Shown one piece after another: positions 28,174 through 36,733 of a stretch of DNA of 64,000 bases. Below the pieces are notes generated by a model. It ran no database searches and was not told the DNA's origin. It was given only the letters and a program-made list of their open reading frames with translations. The stretch's first letter is position 1. Each line of letters starts with the position of its first letter. Both the position numbers and the translations under genes were made by a program. The stretch is from Escherichia coli. Lineage in GTDB: Bacteria; Pseudomonadota; Gammaproteobacteria; Enterobacterales; Enterobacteriaceae. The stretch lies in the NCBI RefSeq assembly GCF_024700885.2, contig NZ_CP117014.1. The stretch is one strand, 5' to 3'.

Positions 28174-29243
28174 TGTGCACTCCATTTTTCAAGAATCATT
28201 ACGTTTCGAATCGATTTTTCAACCAAATCATTTATAGTTTTTTCTATGGCTTCTTTTGACAACCCAGACCATATACCCGTAGGTTTTTCCCATTCAGAGC
28301 ATAAGTACTGCCAGCTGCTGTTAATAAAAGCATGCATTTCATTGTGGTCGCGAATAACAAAAGGACGCACATTATCAAAAGCTGATTTCACATCAAGCAA
28401 AGGTGTCGGCAATGTCAAACAAGGAGAAATAATCTGCCCACCCTTATGTAAGGCTGATATCACAGCATTGAACATGCCAACAACTGGATTTTCCACTTTG
28501 TTCAAAAAGTCGCTTACAATTTTAACTCTATCTTCTGTGGATGGGTGAGTATAGCTTGCAGGATGAGAGCCAGCTAATTTGTATAAGAAATCTACCCCAC
28601 TTTTTCCAATAAATTGGGCACTAAATAGATCTGCAAAATATTCTCTGCAATGATTTATCCAAATAACATCAGGTAGATTACTCCATTCTGGTCCTGGAAG
28701 TGTGCCTTTGTCCTTGGAACGATAGTTAAGACAGGCAAGCTCAGAAATACCTTTGCTAATATCAACGAAATGTCCCAATTCGTGATATAAAGGTATAGAG
28801 CATAATGGTCGTCTTCTGTACATTTCAGGTAATGAAATCTGAATTAATTCGACCTCGAATTTGACATTTAAAACTTCATCAAATAAAGAATACAAATTCT
28901 TGTTTACAGACTTAAAATAAAACCCATGCATATCTGGAGATAGGGCTGTGGTTATAAGTGTTTTTTCACTTATCCATTTTTTACAGGCATCATTTAAGCA
29001 ATAAACAATCTCGTAGGGAATTTTCTTTGTAGTACTGCCAGTGAAAAAATTAACTGCATCGGTGATAAAAAAAGTACAATCCGCAATTATTTTATCAGCA
29101 ACATTCACATGGTTTTCATAGAGCTTATCTACCGCTTCTTGTAGAACAGCAAGATATTCATGCATGTCTTTAGAAAAATAGGGAGATTCTGATATCTCCC
29201 TTAGCTTATTTCGAACTAATGTAAGTTGTGTAAATGCAAGCAT
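28170..29243 (-). CDS. soluble M48-like zinc metalloprotease homolog
   Basis: 357 aa with three signatures: YHELGH (HExxH), REYFAD (ExxAD) and THPSTEDRV (THPxxxxR). No TM helix or signal peptide seen. Confidence 0.65.
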   Translation of the reverse strand: MLAFTQLTLVRNKLREISESPYFSKDMHEYLAVLQEAVDKLYENHVNVADKIIADCTFFITDAVNFFTGSTTKKIPYEIVYCLNDACKKWISEKTLITTALSPDMHGFYFKSVNKNLYSLFDEVLNVKFEVELIQISLPEMYRRRPLCSIPLYHELGHFVDISKGISELACLNYRSKDKGTLPGPEWSNLPDVIWINHCREYFADLFSAQFIGKSGVDFLYKLAGSHPASYTHPSTEDRVKIVSDFLNKVENPVVGMFNAVISALHKGGQIISPCLTLPTPLLDVKSAFDNVRPFVIRDHNEMHAFINSSWQYLCSEWEKPTGIWSGLSKEAIEKTINDLVEKSIRNVMILEKWSAQ

Positions 29244-29548
29244 TAAATGTACTCTAATACATTCCGGGCCATTACGGGTTCTAACATATCTTCGCTAGTT
29301 ACTTTGGTTAGCACCTGGGCGAGCGCCTTAGTGTGGCGTATCTCTACCGCGAGCGAGATGGACTCTCTGTGAGAAGGAATCTGTAATTGATCACCTTTAT
29401 CTACACTTAAGTTTGAGGCTTCTCTGATCACCTCATAAACCCGTAACTTTAACTGCTGTGACACTTCTTGTTGAGATGCTATAAGCTGAAGTACAGTCTT
29501 GATTAACTTCAAAGAATCAGAAGCTTGCTGAGGAACCGCATAGAGCAT
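29243..29548 (-). CDS. small helical protein, first gene of the cassette
   Basis: 101 aa. RBS aaggagggg. Its stop overlaps the next start (TAATG). Confidence 0.5.
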   Translation of the reverse strand: MLYAVPQQASDSLKLIKTVLQLIASQQEVSQQLKLRVYEVIREASNLSVDKGDQLQIPSHRESISLAVEIRHTKALAQVLTKVTSEDMLEPVMARNVLEYI

Positions 29549-29630
29549 AACCCCTCCTTTTCCCTTATCTATAACCGCTTTCTTTTTTCTGTGGATGTTA
29601 AAAGTAGAAGCGGTTTTTACCTTTTATAAT

Positions 29631-29667
29631 ATATATAGTGTCTAAAACTAATTTTGGCACTATATAT
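29631..29667. promoter_or_regulatory. 10-bp inverted repeat in the cassette promoter region
   Basis: ATATATAGTG-N17-CACTATATAT, 83 nt upstream of the cassette start codon. Confidence 0.35.
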
Positions 29668-29684
29668 GGCATGATATCTATGTT

Positions 29685-29730
29685 TTAAAGACACAAAAGC
29701 TCTGTTAAAACAGAGCTTTTGTGTCTTTAA
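29685..29730. repeat. perfect 46-bp palindrome
   Basis: TTAAAGACACAAAAGCTCTGTT-aa-AACAGAGCTTTTGTGTCTTTAA, lying between the 95-aa gene and the cassette. Confidence 0.6.
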
Positions 29731-29874
29731 CTTGATCATTTTCTCGCTGAAGTGTATGTCAGGCTTAGCTCATAATCAAGTTGCTTCCAAGCTAAAAATG
29801 AGCTATTTCACTGAAACACCAAGAGCGGGATGTTTCATTTATTTGCGTTGGGCCTGACGGTGTGCAGGTGAGTT

Positions 29875-30162
29875 TTAGCTCATCACACTATAACGACGGG
29901 GAACGGAATTCTCCATCAGGTCACGAATTACTCCCGCCTCATGTAGTTCCTCTGTTTCCCAGTATCTGTTTGTCACCAGATCGAGGCTGGCTATGACCTT
30001 GTGCCGGTCATTAGGCATAGCCAATTTTTCTGCTATAACCATCAGTGAAAACTCTTCATCCAGTAGGATTTGATACCAGACTTTTGACAGCTCCAACTCT
30101 CTAATGAGGGTGAAGCGCCGCTCAAGTGTGGCGGCAGAATAAGTGAAATCTATTTTTTTCAT
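29875..30162 (-). CDS. hypothetical protein
   Basis: 95-aa ORF downstream of the antirepressor-like gene. Confidence 0.4.
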   Translation of the reverse strand: MKKIDFTYSAATLERRFTLIRELELSKVWYQILLDEEFSLMVIAEKLAMPNDRHKVIASLDLVTNRYWETEELHEAGVIRDLMENSVPRRYSVMS

Positions 30163-30221
30163 CGTGCGGATAATCCGATTATTTGGCAGTTAAATCCCCG
30201 GCGTCGCCGGGGATGCAGCAT

Positions 30222-31148
30222 TTAACTAACAATCCAGTCCATAGCAATAACATCCTCTGGAGCTAAATCAATAGCATGGATTTTCCCGTCACGGATGGTG
30301 CGCCAGTGCTTTCGTGATCCACCTTCGGGCCACACCCATATACCTTCAGGCCAGGAAGAACGACGACACACTGTTGCGTATCCAGTCCTGATCTTCTCTC
30401 TGACGGTATGTAGTGACAGATTATCCTTTGGGCTTTCAGGCACAGGATGGTGGATTGCCTGAAACATCCCCATCTTTGGATGATACCAGCGTTTATTGCG
30501 TGGTTCTGCCTCCGACATCACCTGCTTAAAGGCTTTCCGGAAGGGGGCCAGGGCCACAATGGAGCGTCGCGCAAGCAAACCCTCTGGAGTTAAAAACTCA
30601 TGCGTATCGGTGGGAATCCGGAAAGCGTTAACCAGGTTGCGACATTTGGCTTCAGTCAGGCCACATTTCGCCGCCAGCTGGCGGTAGCCAATGTAACCTT
30701 CCGGCATATTGCCTTTCTTGATTTGCTCGAGTGTTTCAGCGACCATCGATACTTGTGCTGATACCTCGGCTACCTGGGCATTTACGGCGTTGATCCGGCG
30801 TTCATGCTCAAGATGCATTTGCGCCATTTCAGCCAGAATTTCGGCTTTTGATTTTAACTGTACCCGGGCATTCTCCAGTTCGCGCCAGCGGTCCACCAGC
30901 CGGGCGGTGAATTCGGGAGAGAGCTGCGCGACGACGACAATACTATCGCGCTTGCCTTGCTCGCCTTCGAAGACGTAATAGCTCGCCGGGCGGCCTGCGG
31001 TGGGCTTTTCCTCAATTTGAGGAAAAGATATTACGCCCCGTTCCGCCAGGTGTTCAATGGTGCGTTTAACGTTATCAGGGCGCTTACCTACCAGTTCCGC
31101 GATCTCAATGCTGGTCATTGTCGCTTTTTGAGAGATGGACAGATTCAT
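30222..31148 (-). CDS. Rha-family regulatory / antirepressor-like protein
   Basis: The N terminus (MTSIEIAELVGKRPDNVKRTIEHLAERGVISF..) fits Phage_pRha. The position corresponds to P1 ant in immI. Confidence 0.6.
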   Translation of the reverse strand: MNLSISQKATMTSIEIAELVGKRPDNVKRTIEHLAERGVISFPQIEEKPTAGRPASYYVFEGEQGKRDSIVVVAQLSPEFTARLVDRWRELENARVQLKSKAEILAEMAQMHLEHERRINAVNAQVAEVSAQVSMVAETLEQIKKGNMPEGYIGYRQLAAKCGLTEAKCRNLVNAFRIPTDTHEFLTPEGLLARRSIVALAPFRKAFKQVMSEAEPRNKRWYHPKMGMFQAIHHPVPESPKDNLSLHTVREKIRTGYATVCRRSSWPEGIWVWPEGGSRKHWRTIRDGKIHAIDLAPEDVIAMDWIVS

Positions 31149-31363
31149 CAGTGCGCCTCCACGCAGTTCATCGGCAGATTCCAGTAATTGAGGATCTCCA
31201 TCGCATCAAGAGTGAAGCGAGCAGCAAAAATGCAGGGTTCTTCGGGAAGGTATGAGCGCGCCTCTGCTTCGGTAGCAGCCATGACGCAGATATACAGGTG
31301 TTTTTGGCAGGAATAGAAACGCCAGATAAATTCAGAATGAGTTGGGGTAGGGATAGTAGCCAT
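31148..31363 (-). CDS. small protein, position-equivalent to P1 icd
   Basis: 71 aa. RBS aaggagg. Its stop overlaps the antirepressor start (ATGA). The assignment is by synteny only. Confidence 0.4.
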   Translation of the reverse strand: MATIPTPTHSEFIWRFYSCQKHLYICVMAATEAEARSYLPEEPCIFAARFTLDAMEILNYWNLPMNCVEAH

Positions 31364-31384
31364 ATTGGCAGCCTCCTTTGACTA

Positions 31385-31500
31385 AGTTAAGGAGCTACCG
31401 CGTGAGGTTCCAATCTCAATGGCGGTAGCACTGACTGGGTTGGAACTACCGGCGTCAAAGGGAACCGGCCTGCCTTTCGGCAGCCCAGCCAGCACTACCA
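31385..31500 (-). ncRNA. candidate c4-like antisense/leader RNA of an immI-type operon
   Basis: Structured leader. An 8-bp stem, GCTACCGC (31394-31401) / GCGGTAGC (31422-31429), presents GGTTCCAAT in its loop. The complementary GTTGGAAC lies at 31439-31446, and a second GGTTCCAAT copy at 31594-31602. Confidence 0.25.
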
Positions 31501-31548
31501 TTGATCTCTGAGCTAAACGCTACGTATGGCTGTGCGATGGCATGACAC

Positions 31549-31569
31549 AAAAAAGACGCTTTCGGCGTC
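31549..31569 (-). terminator. rho-independent terminator (minus strand)
   Basis: On the minus strand: GACGC-cgaaa-GCGTC followed by TTTTTT. Confidence 0.6.
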
Positions 31570-31674
31570 TGTGTCGCCTTTGACATTATCCGGGGTTCCA
31601 ATCCCGGCACCCGTTTTTCTAAGGTGCCGTAGAAATATACCCCACGATAATGCTAGGGCGCAACAGTCAGTATT

Positions 31675-31842
31675 TTATGCTTTGGCGGATTTCTTCCGGG
31701 CTTGCTTGCAGGCGTAGGCCATTGCTTTAACTTTCACTTCATCCAGCTTCCCGGTGATCACTTCTTTTCCGAGAGTGACAAACCAGTCATAGCAACCGCC
31801 AGTGATGTTCTGGATTTGAAAGTTGAGGTAGCGAACAGTCAT
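31675..31842 (-). CDS. small hypothetical protein (55 aa)
   Basis: Not in the track. RBS ggggg. Translation: MTVRYLNFQIQNITGGCYDWFVTLGKEVITGKLDEVKVKAMAYACKQARKKSAKA. Followed by a terminator. Confidence 0.35.
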   Translation of the reverse strand: MTVRYLNFQIQNITGGCYDWFVTLGKEVITGKLDEVKVKAMAYACKQARKKSAKA

Positions 31843-32173
31843 TTTGACACCCCCGACGCGAGTAAAGAATGCAGATTATCGCGTGAGTGGTGGACGACGA
31901 GTGATGGGAAAAGACTGTAGTTGTTCATAGTGTAGTGACTCCTTGCTTTCGGAGCCGCCATCGACTGTTCCACGGTCTGGTGGCGGCGCAATAAAGGCTG
32001 GAACACCGTGAGTCAACGGGGGCTTTTCAGCCACCTATATTGCACCGCCATAGGTATGACGGCGGCAATAATACGAAAAACTAAACAGTTTGTCTCAAAA
32101 AGTTGACCGGTGTGCCAATCGGTAGTGAATGTACATCGGAGAAATTTACAATTCAACTTAAAATGTTAGAAAA

Positions 32174-32752
32174 CTAATTTATCGATTCAATCGCCATCTG
32201 ATACAACGTCATTTCATCGGCATTGTGCCGTATGAAATCTGCTTTTCCGCCTATTTTTCCATCAGCATGAACAGGGACCAGCCAGGGATATTGTTCTCGG
32301 ACCTCGGCTGGCGCTGCGTACTGGTGGTGCCATTTACACAAAGGGAGGACATATTTATGCGCGTTCTCTGCCGTTCTCCCGAAGATATGGTGCAGGGATA
32401 CCACTGGGCTATGTTGCCCGTGAATATGGCAGGCAATGCAGGGGAGAGTACCTATAGCGGTCTGTATCCGGCGTTCATCGGCTGTGAGTGATCTGCCTTT
32501 CAGGCCGCGTGACGTGCGTGTTTTTTTGGGCGGAGCGGATACAGCTTTATCTTTTCTCCGCTGTTCATATTGCTTTGCTTTTTCATTTTTCTTTTGCCGA
32601 TATTCAGGCGATGCGGCCTTTTCTCTCGCTCGCTGCTGCTGGCGTTGAGCTTGTTGAAGGCGCTTTGCCCTTTGTTCCTCTCGCCAGGCCGGGTCAGCCA
32701 ATTTTTGCATGGCTTTTTGTCTCTGTTTCTCCCAATAACTCTGTTTCTGCAT
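32174..32752 (-). CDS. ref: Ref-type recombination enhancement HNH endonuclease
   Basis: Basic disordered N terminus plus LPCIACHIHG..SLHHI..LPLCKWHHQYAAPAEVREQYPWLVPVHADG. From memory this is very close to P1 Ref. Confidence 0.8.
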   Translation of the reverse strand: MQKQSYWEKQRQKAMQKLADPAWREEQRAKRLQQAQRQQQRAREKAASPEYRQKKNEKAKQYEQRRKDKAVSAPPKKTRTSRGLKGRSLTADERRIQTAIGTLPCIACHIHGQHSPVVSLHHIFGRTAENAHKYVLPLCKWHHQYAAPAEVREQYPWLVPVHADGKIGGKADFIRHNADEMTLYQMAIESIN

Positions 32753-32801
32753 GATGGCAGTCTCTTACTTTTCAACGATTTTTCTATGATTGATCAAAAC
32801 G

Positions 32802-32829
32802 GTTAGATATTCAAAATTGATTTTCTAAC
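32802..32829. promoter_or_regulatory. operator-like dyad GTTAGA-N16-TCTAAC overlapping a TTGATT/TAATAT promoter
   Basis: GTTAGA at 32802-32807 and TCTAAC at 32824-32829. A -35-like TTGATT lies at 32817-32822 and a -10-like TAATAT at 32839-32844. It sits at the head of the plus-strand early block. Confidence 0.5.
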
Positions 32830-32869
32830 ACAAAACATTAATATCATCACTGATAAATGTTTGGAGGAC

Positions 32870-33025
32870 ATGATGCTTATAGCTTTAAGTGCGATCCACC
32901 AGCCATCTGTGAATGAGATTGGCCTGTTCTATGTGTTGTTTTTCGGGGCGTTGGCGCTACTTGAGCTTGGTATTGAGCTTTTCGCAGTGCTTATGTTTTG
33001 CGTCACGATTTTGGGGAAATTTTGA
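32870..33025 (+). CDS. small membrane protein (51 aa)
   Basis: Not in the track. RBS ggagg. Hydrophobic sequence (..IGLFYVLFFGALALLELGIELFAVLMFCVTILGKF). Its TGATG overlaps the next gene. Confidence 0.3.
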   Translation: MMLIALSAIHQPSVNEIGLFYVLFFGALALLELGIELFAVLMFCVTILGKF

Positions 33026-33636
33026 TGGTGAAACGTGTTTTGAAAATTTACATCGCGGGGCCGATGACTGGTTATCCAGATTACAACCGTGCTGCGTTTA
33101 ATGCGAAAGCGAGCGAGCTGATGGCTGAAGGGCATATCGTTCTGAATCCAGCTGTGTTACCTGGTGGCCTTTGTCAGAGTGAATACATGGATATTTGCCT
33201 GGCAATGGTGCGTTCTGCTGATGCGATCTACTTGCTCAATCGATGGGAGGAATCGATTGGTGCTCGTGCAGAGCACGCGCTGGCTGAAAAGCTGGGGCTG
33301 ACTGTAATTTATGAGTCACCAACCAACATTGAATGCCAGGTTGCTCCGCATATTTACCGGGAACTGGTCAATGCACTGCGTGATATCGCTGCTGTATATC
33401 ACGGCACAGAACAGCTTCGTGAGCGTTTAGCCCATACCATTTCCTATTACCTGTCTTTATCTCATGAGCACAAGCTCCGCCAGAAGGTAATGATCAAATT
33501 TATCATGAGGTTATCGAAATCCCTGGCAAACGCCGATCCAAAGAATCCATTACCGAAAGAGGCAATGAATTACCTGAAGTCCTGCAACGTTGTTTCTGAA
33601 GATGGCGTTCTTTTGGTTAGAAGGAGTTCTGCGTGA
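33025..33636 (+). CDS. DUF4406 / nucleoside 2-deoxyribosyltransferase-like protein with C-terminal extension
   Basis: MVKRVLKIYIAGPMTGYPDYNRAAFNAKASELMAEGHIVLNPA..ADAIYLLNRWEESIGARAEHALAEKLGL fits the DUF4406 pattern. Confidence 0.55.
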   Translation: MVKRVLKIYIAGPMTGYPDYNRAAFNAKASELMAEGHIVLNPAVLPGGLCQSEYMDICLAMVRSADAIYLLNRWEESIGARAEHALAEKLGLTVIYESPTNIECQVAPHIYRELVNALRDIAAVYHGTEQLRERLAHTISYYLSLSHEHKLRQKVMIKFIMRLSKSLANADPKNPLPKEAMNYLKSCNVVSEDGVLLVRRSSA

Positions 33637-33950
33637 GCTGGCGGGGATGGGGAAGGGCAGAAATCATGATACTCCGCCAGTGCGCCGGAACTATGACGGT
33701 CGAGAGTATTGGGAAGCTGATCGGTCGTACCGGTGATGCCGTCAGGACTAAAGCGCGGGAGTTGGGGATCAGCATGATTCTGAAAGGAGACTTTCATCCG
33801 TCAGCCAAATTCCGGCAGAGCGATATAGAACTGGCGCGGCAGCTTCATCAGTGTGGTGTTCCCCGCCGTGAGATCGCGGAAAAACTCGAAATGCCCCTGG
33901 GCATGATTAATCAGTACGTTTATTTCGAAAGGAGAGTACATGAAGTCTGA
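33633..33950 (+). CDS. putative HTH DNA-binding protein
   Basis: 105 aa with two HTH-like segments (VESIGKLIGRTGDAVRTKAREL; RREIAEKLEMPLGMINQYV). Confidence 0.4.
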   Translation: MSWRGWGRAEIMILRQCAGTMTVESIGKLIGRTGDAVRTKARELGISMILKGDFHPSAKFRQSDIELARQLHQCGVPRREIAEKLEMPLGMINQYVYFERRVHEV

Positions 33951-34443
33951 AGGTTTAACGCCAGCACAACTGGCAGAGCGTAACGCTGAGTATGTAACGG
34001 AAATTTCCCGACTTGAGAAAGCGTGTGCTGCGCTGGCGGCGGAGAATGCGAGACTGAATGCGATATGTGAGGATCGCCGCACGTTCATTATGAATGGCGT
34101 GCAGCTTGGCTTTATCAAGGTGCCAACAGTGGAAATAGATCCAGCTCTCGAAACAATTCGTCTCGCCCTATCACCACAAAAAACCACTCCTGCGACCGAC
34201 ACTTTCCTGGATGAAGTGAAGACTGAAGCACGCAAGGAGGGCGCTTACTTTGTGGCGAACAGGATGCTGGCTGCTTGGGAAGCTGGTTTTATTGATGATA
34301 CTGCGAAGAACGCCGCGGATATTGCCCGGATGATTCTTACCTCTACTGAGTTTATGGCTAATGCGCGGGAAGGCGATTTTGACCGCTCATTCTCTGATGG
34401 CGTTCTCGAAGATATCGCCGAACAGCTTAGAAAAGGAAGGTAA
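33940..34443 (+). CDS. Ea22-like mosaic early protein
   Basis: Shares the AALAAEN coiled segment and the ATDTFLDEVKTEARKEG..GFI module with the 37652-38374 product. Confidence 0.45.
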   Translation: MKSEGLTPAQLAERNAEYVTEISRLEKACAALAAENARLNAICEDRRTFIMNGVQLGFIKVPTVEIDPALETIRLALSPQKTTPATDTFLDEVKTEARKEGAYFVANRMLAAWEAGFIDDTAKNAADIARMILTSTEFMANAREGDFDRSFSDGVLEDIAEQLRKGR

Positions 34444-34446
34444 ACA

Positions 34447-34695
34447 GTGAGTAATACCGCACGACTACAGCTTGGTTTTTCACCGCTATCAAAAACCATC
34501 GTGTTGGCAAAAATGCGTGACTTAGGGGATGGAACAAAACGTCGTGTTGGCAATGATCGCGGTCGTGATGTAACCAACGAGGCCGCTCAACTCCTCTGGC
34601 ATCTGGTCATGGCAGAAGGCGGTGAAATTAATTGGGAGCTGGATGATGGTTCTCGCATGGTATTGAAGGCAGAAAAGCAGGAACCACCACAGTGA
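34447..34695 (+). CDS. hypothetical protein
   Basis: 82-aa ORF in the tightly packed plus-strand operon. Confidence 0.35.
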   Translation: MSNTARLQLGFSPLSKTIVLAKMRDLGDGTKRRVGNDRGRDVTNEAAQLLWHLVMAEGGEINWELDDGSRMVLKAEKQEPPQ

Positions 34696-34967
34696 ATATC
34701 GACACCACGATAACGCTCGATACGGCCCTAAATACCGGTCTGGCACTTCTTGGTTGGCTTTACATCATGTCCCGTACCTGGCGATGGCTGGGTTCCATTT
34801 TCCTAAAAGAGTGGAAAAAACGGCGCAAACAGGAACTACGCCAGAAGGCATTAGAAGCGTTCTATGACGCATTTGAACTTAGCCGCATTGAACCAGGCAC
34901 AACAGCCAGAATAGCGACAAAAGGCGACCTGATGATAGTGATGTTCAGACAGGAGAAAACCAAATGA
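34692..34967 (+). CDS. hypothetical membrane protein
   Basis: 91 aa with a TM-like segment (LNTGLALLGWLYIM). It has 4-nt overlaps with both neighbours. Confidence 0.35.
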   Translation: MNIDTTITLDTALNTGLALLGWLYIMSRTWRWLGSIFLKEWKKRRKQELRQKALEAFYDAFELSRIEPGTTARIATKGDLMIVMFRQEKTK

Positions 34968-35188
34968 CAGAACAGACGATGACAAATCGCGAACTTGTTG
35001 ATGCCGCGATTGAACTTGCTGGCGATTTTTATTCCATGATGGGGTACACGCATCGCCCAGGCTTCAAATATTGGGAGTCTCCGCACCCGCAAGAGCAACG
35101 GGTATTTCAAATGGCCTGCCGCGCTTTTGAAGTTATTCGCGGTTCTGATGTGATGGACGCGGTTGCTGATTTGGAGGATGAAGAGTGA
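34964..35188 (+). CDS. hypothetical protein
   Basis: 74-aa ORF with overlapping stop/start junctions. Confidence 0.35.
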   Translation: MTEQTMTNRELVDAAIELAGDFYSMMGYTHRPGFKYWESPHPQEQRVFQMACRAFEVIRGSDVMDAVADLEDEE

Positions 35189-35496
35189 ACACAATTAAAG
35201 AAATGCCGGTAGAACGTGATGAATATGGCTGCTGGACACATCCGGAGTATGAGAAGTTTTGCGCAGGTCGTGAATATATTTCCACTGAGGAATTTGACGC
35301 CTGGATGAAGGAAAATAATCTTCAGTGGACTATTCGCAGTATGGATGAAGATGATTTTGATCTGGACGCAGCTGGTCCCGATATTGCCGCCTGGGAACCG
35401 GAGCGACCAGAGGGTGAAGGCTGGTTTGTTGGCTCTATTCATGACACTGAAGATGGTCCGGTTTGTATCTGGCTGCGTGAGAAGGTTGCCGCATGA
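35185..35496 (+). CDS. hypothetical acidic protein
   Basis: 103-aa ORF with an overlapping stop/start junction. Confidence 0.35.
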   Translation: MNTIKEMPVERDEYGCWTHPEYEKFCAGREYISTEEFDAWMKENNLQWTIRSMDEDDFDLDAAGPDIAAWEPERPEGEGWFVGSIHDTEDGPVCIWLREKVAA

Positions 35497-35653
35497 CCCA
35501 GGCTCTGCATGAAGTGAATTTATATAGCCGTATTGATGGTTCTGGCTATAGAAACTAGACACGGGCGCGGTTTTTAGCGGAAATCTGACGCTAATGCAGG
35601 TGAAGGGAGGGCAGCTTAAAGTCTGATCAAATCATTTACGCACTCAAAATCAC

Positions 35654-35683
35654 GTTAGAACATTGATTTTAGTTTTCTAACAT
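35654..35683. promoter_or_regulatory. operator-like dyad GTTAGA-N16-TCTAAC containing the TTAGTTTTCTAACA box
   Basis: GTTAGA at 35654-35659 and TCTAAC at 35676-35681. It lies in the intergenic region before the 35725 gene. Confidence 0.5.
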
Positions 35684-35724
35684 ATTATTTTACCGATCGG
35701 AACAAAACAGAGTCGGTATGCATT

Positions 35725-36720
35725 ATGAGTGCAATAATCACCCCATATGTCGTAAATGAAACTGGTGTGGCTGTCTTTCCTGTAGATAAGCCCACCAGCA
35801 ATTACATCGGCGCAGGACGCCGTTTTCTTATATCCCCATTGCCGCGTGAACAGGCTGAAAACACCCCTGATGGTGTCGTTGACCTGAATTATTCACTGGT
35901 TGCCAACCAGTCACTGGCACCCTTTTTTCAAAGTGAGCGCGTATTTAACGCGTTAGGTGGTGAGGATTCTCTCGTTCACTGGGTTAGCACCAACATTCAC
36001 GATTGCCAGGTGCATGATAAGCGCGATTGCAGCCACCAGCTAACCACCCATTTCTATAACGGTTCTGCCGTTCGCCTGTGCTGGAAGCATGATGCGGAAT
36101 ACATGATGAAGGGATACGGCAAGCTGGAAGACCAACTGTCACTGAATCGCGCCAACTGGATTATGAACTGGGCTGCCAGCGAGTTAAAACTTCCGCCAGA
36201 TCGCGATCTGAGCATGGTTGAACTCACCTTTTGGGCCATTCGCCGGAATCTTAAAGACGAACTGCCTGATGAAGCTGGTCGCATTGCATTTTGTCAGCCA
36301 AAAACTGAAATCCCTACCGGCACTCTGAAAGAGTCGGATATTACTTGGGAGCATAGTACCCGCGAGCTGGTGGATATTTCCGCAGAGCAGATCGTCAATC
36401 TGTCCGTCGATGAAGATTCTGGCCTCCTATATATGCGCCGTCCAAAAACCTTACTCGGAAAAAGCCCGGCTTATCTCCGGTTTGTGGTGTCTCGCCCGTG
36501 TGTAGGCTGCGGCGGCAAGGTTAATCACCCATTCATGTACCGCGCCCGCTCGTTAAACGAACACGACCGCTGGACTGTTCCTCTTTGCGATGACTGCGCC
36601 AGAAGCGCAGAAAACGATGTCCGGGCATGGGAAAAAGCACATGGCATACGCCTTTACGTAGCCGCTAACCAGCTTTTCGACTTCGCCATTGAGCGCGGAG
36701 TGATCACGTTCAATAACTGA
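35725..36720 (+). CDS. hypothetical protein with C-terminal Cys-rich (HNH/DUF968-like?) segment
   Basis: 331 aa. The C terminus reads RPCVGCGGKVNHPF..DRWTVPLCDDCARS. Confidence 0.4.
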   Translation: MSAIITPYVVNETGVAVFPVDKPTSNYIGAGRRFLISPLPREQAENTPDGVVDLNYSLVANQSLAPFFQSERVFNALGGEDSLVHWVSTNIHDCQVHDKRDCSHQLTTHFYNGSAVRLCWKHDAEYMMKGYGKLEDQLSLNRANWIMNWAASELKLPPDRDLSMVELTFWAIRRNLKDELPDEAGRIAFCQPKTEIPTGTLKESDITWEHSTRELVDISAEQIVNLSVDEDSGLLYMRRPKTLLGKSPAYLRFVVSRPCVGCGGKVNHPFMYRARSLNEHDRWTVPLCDDCARSAENDVRAWEKAHGIRLYVAANQLFDFAIERGVITFNN

Positions 36721-36733
36721 TGGGAGCAATGCA

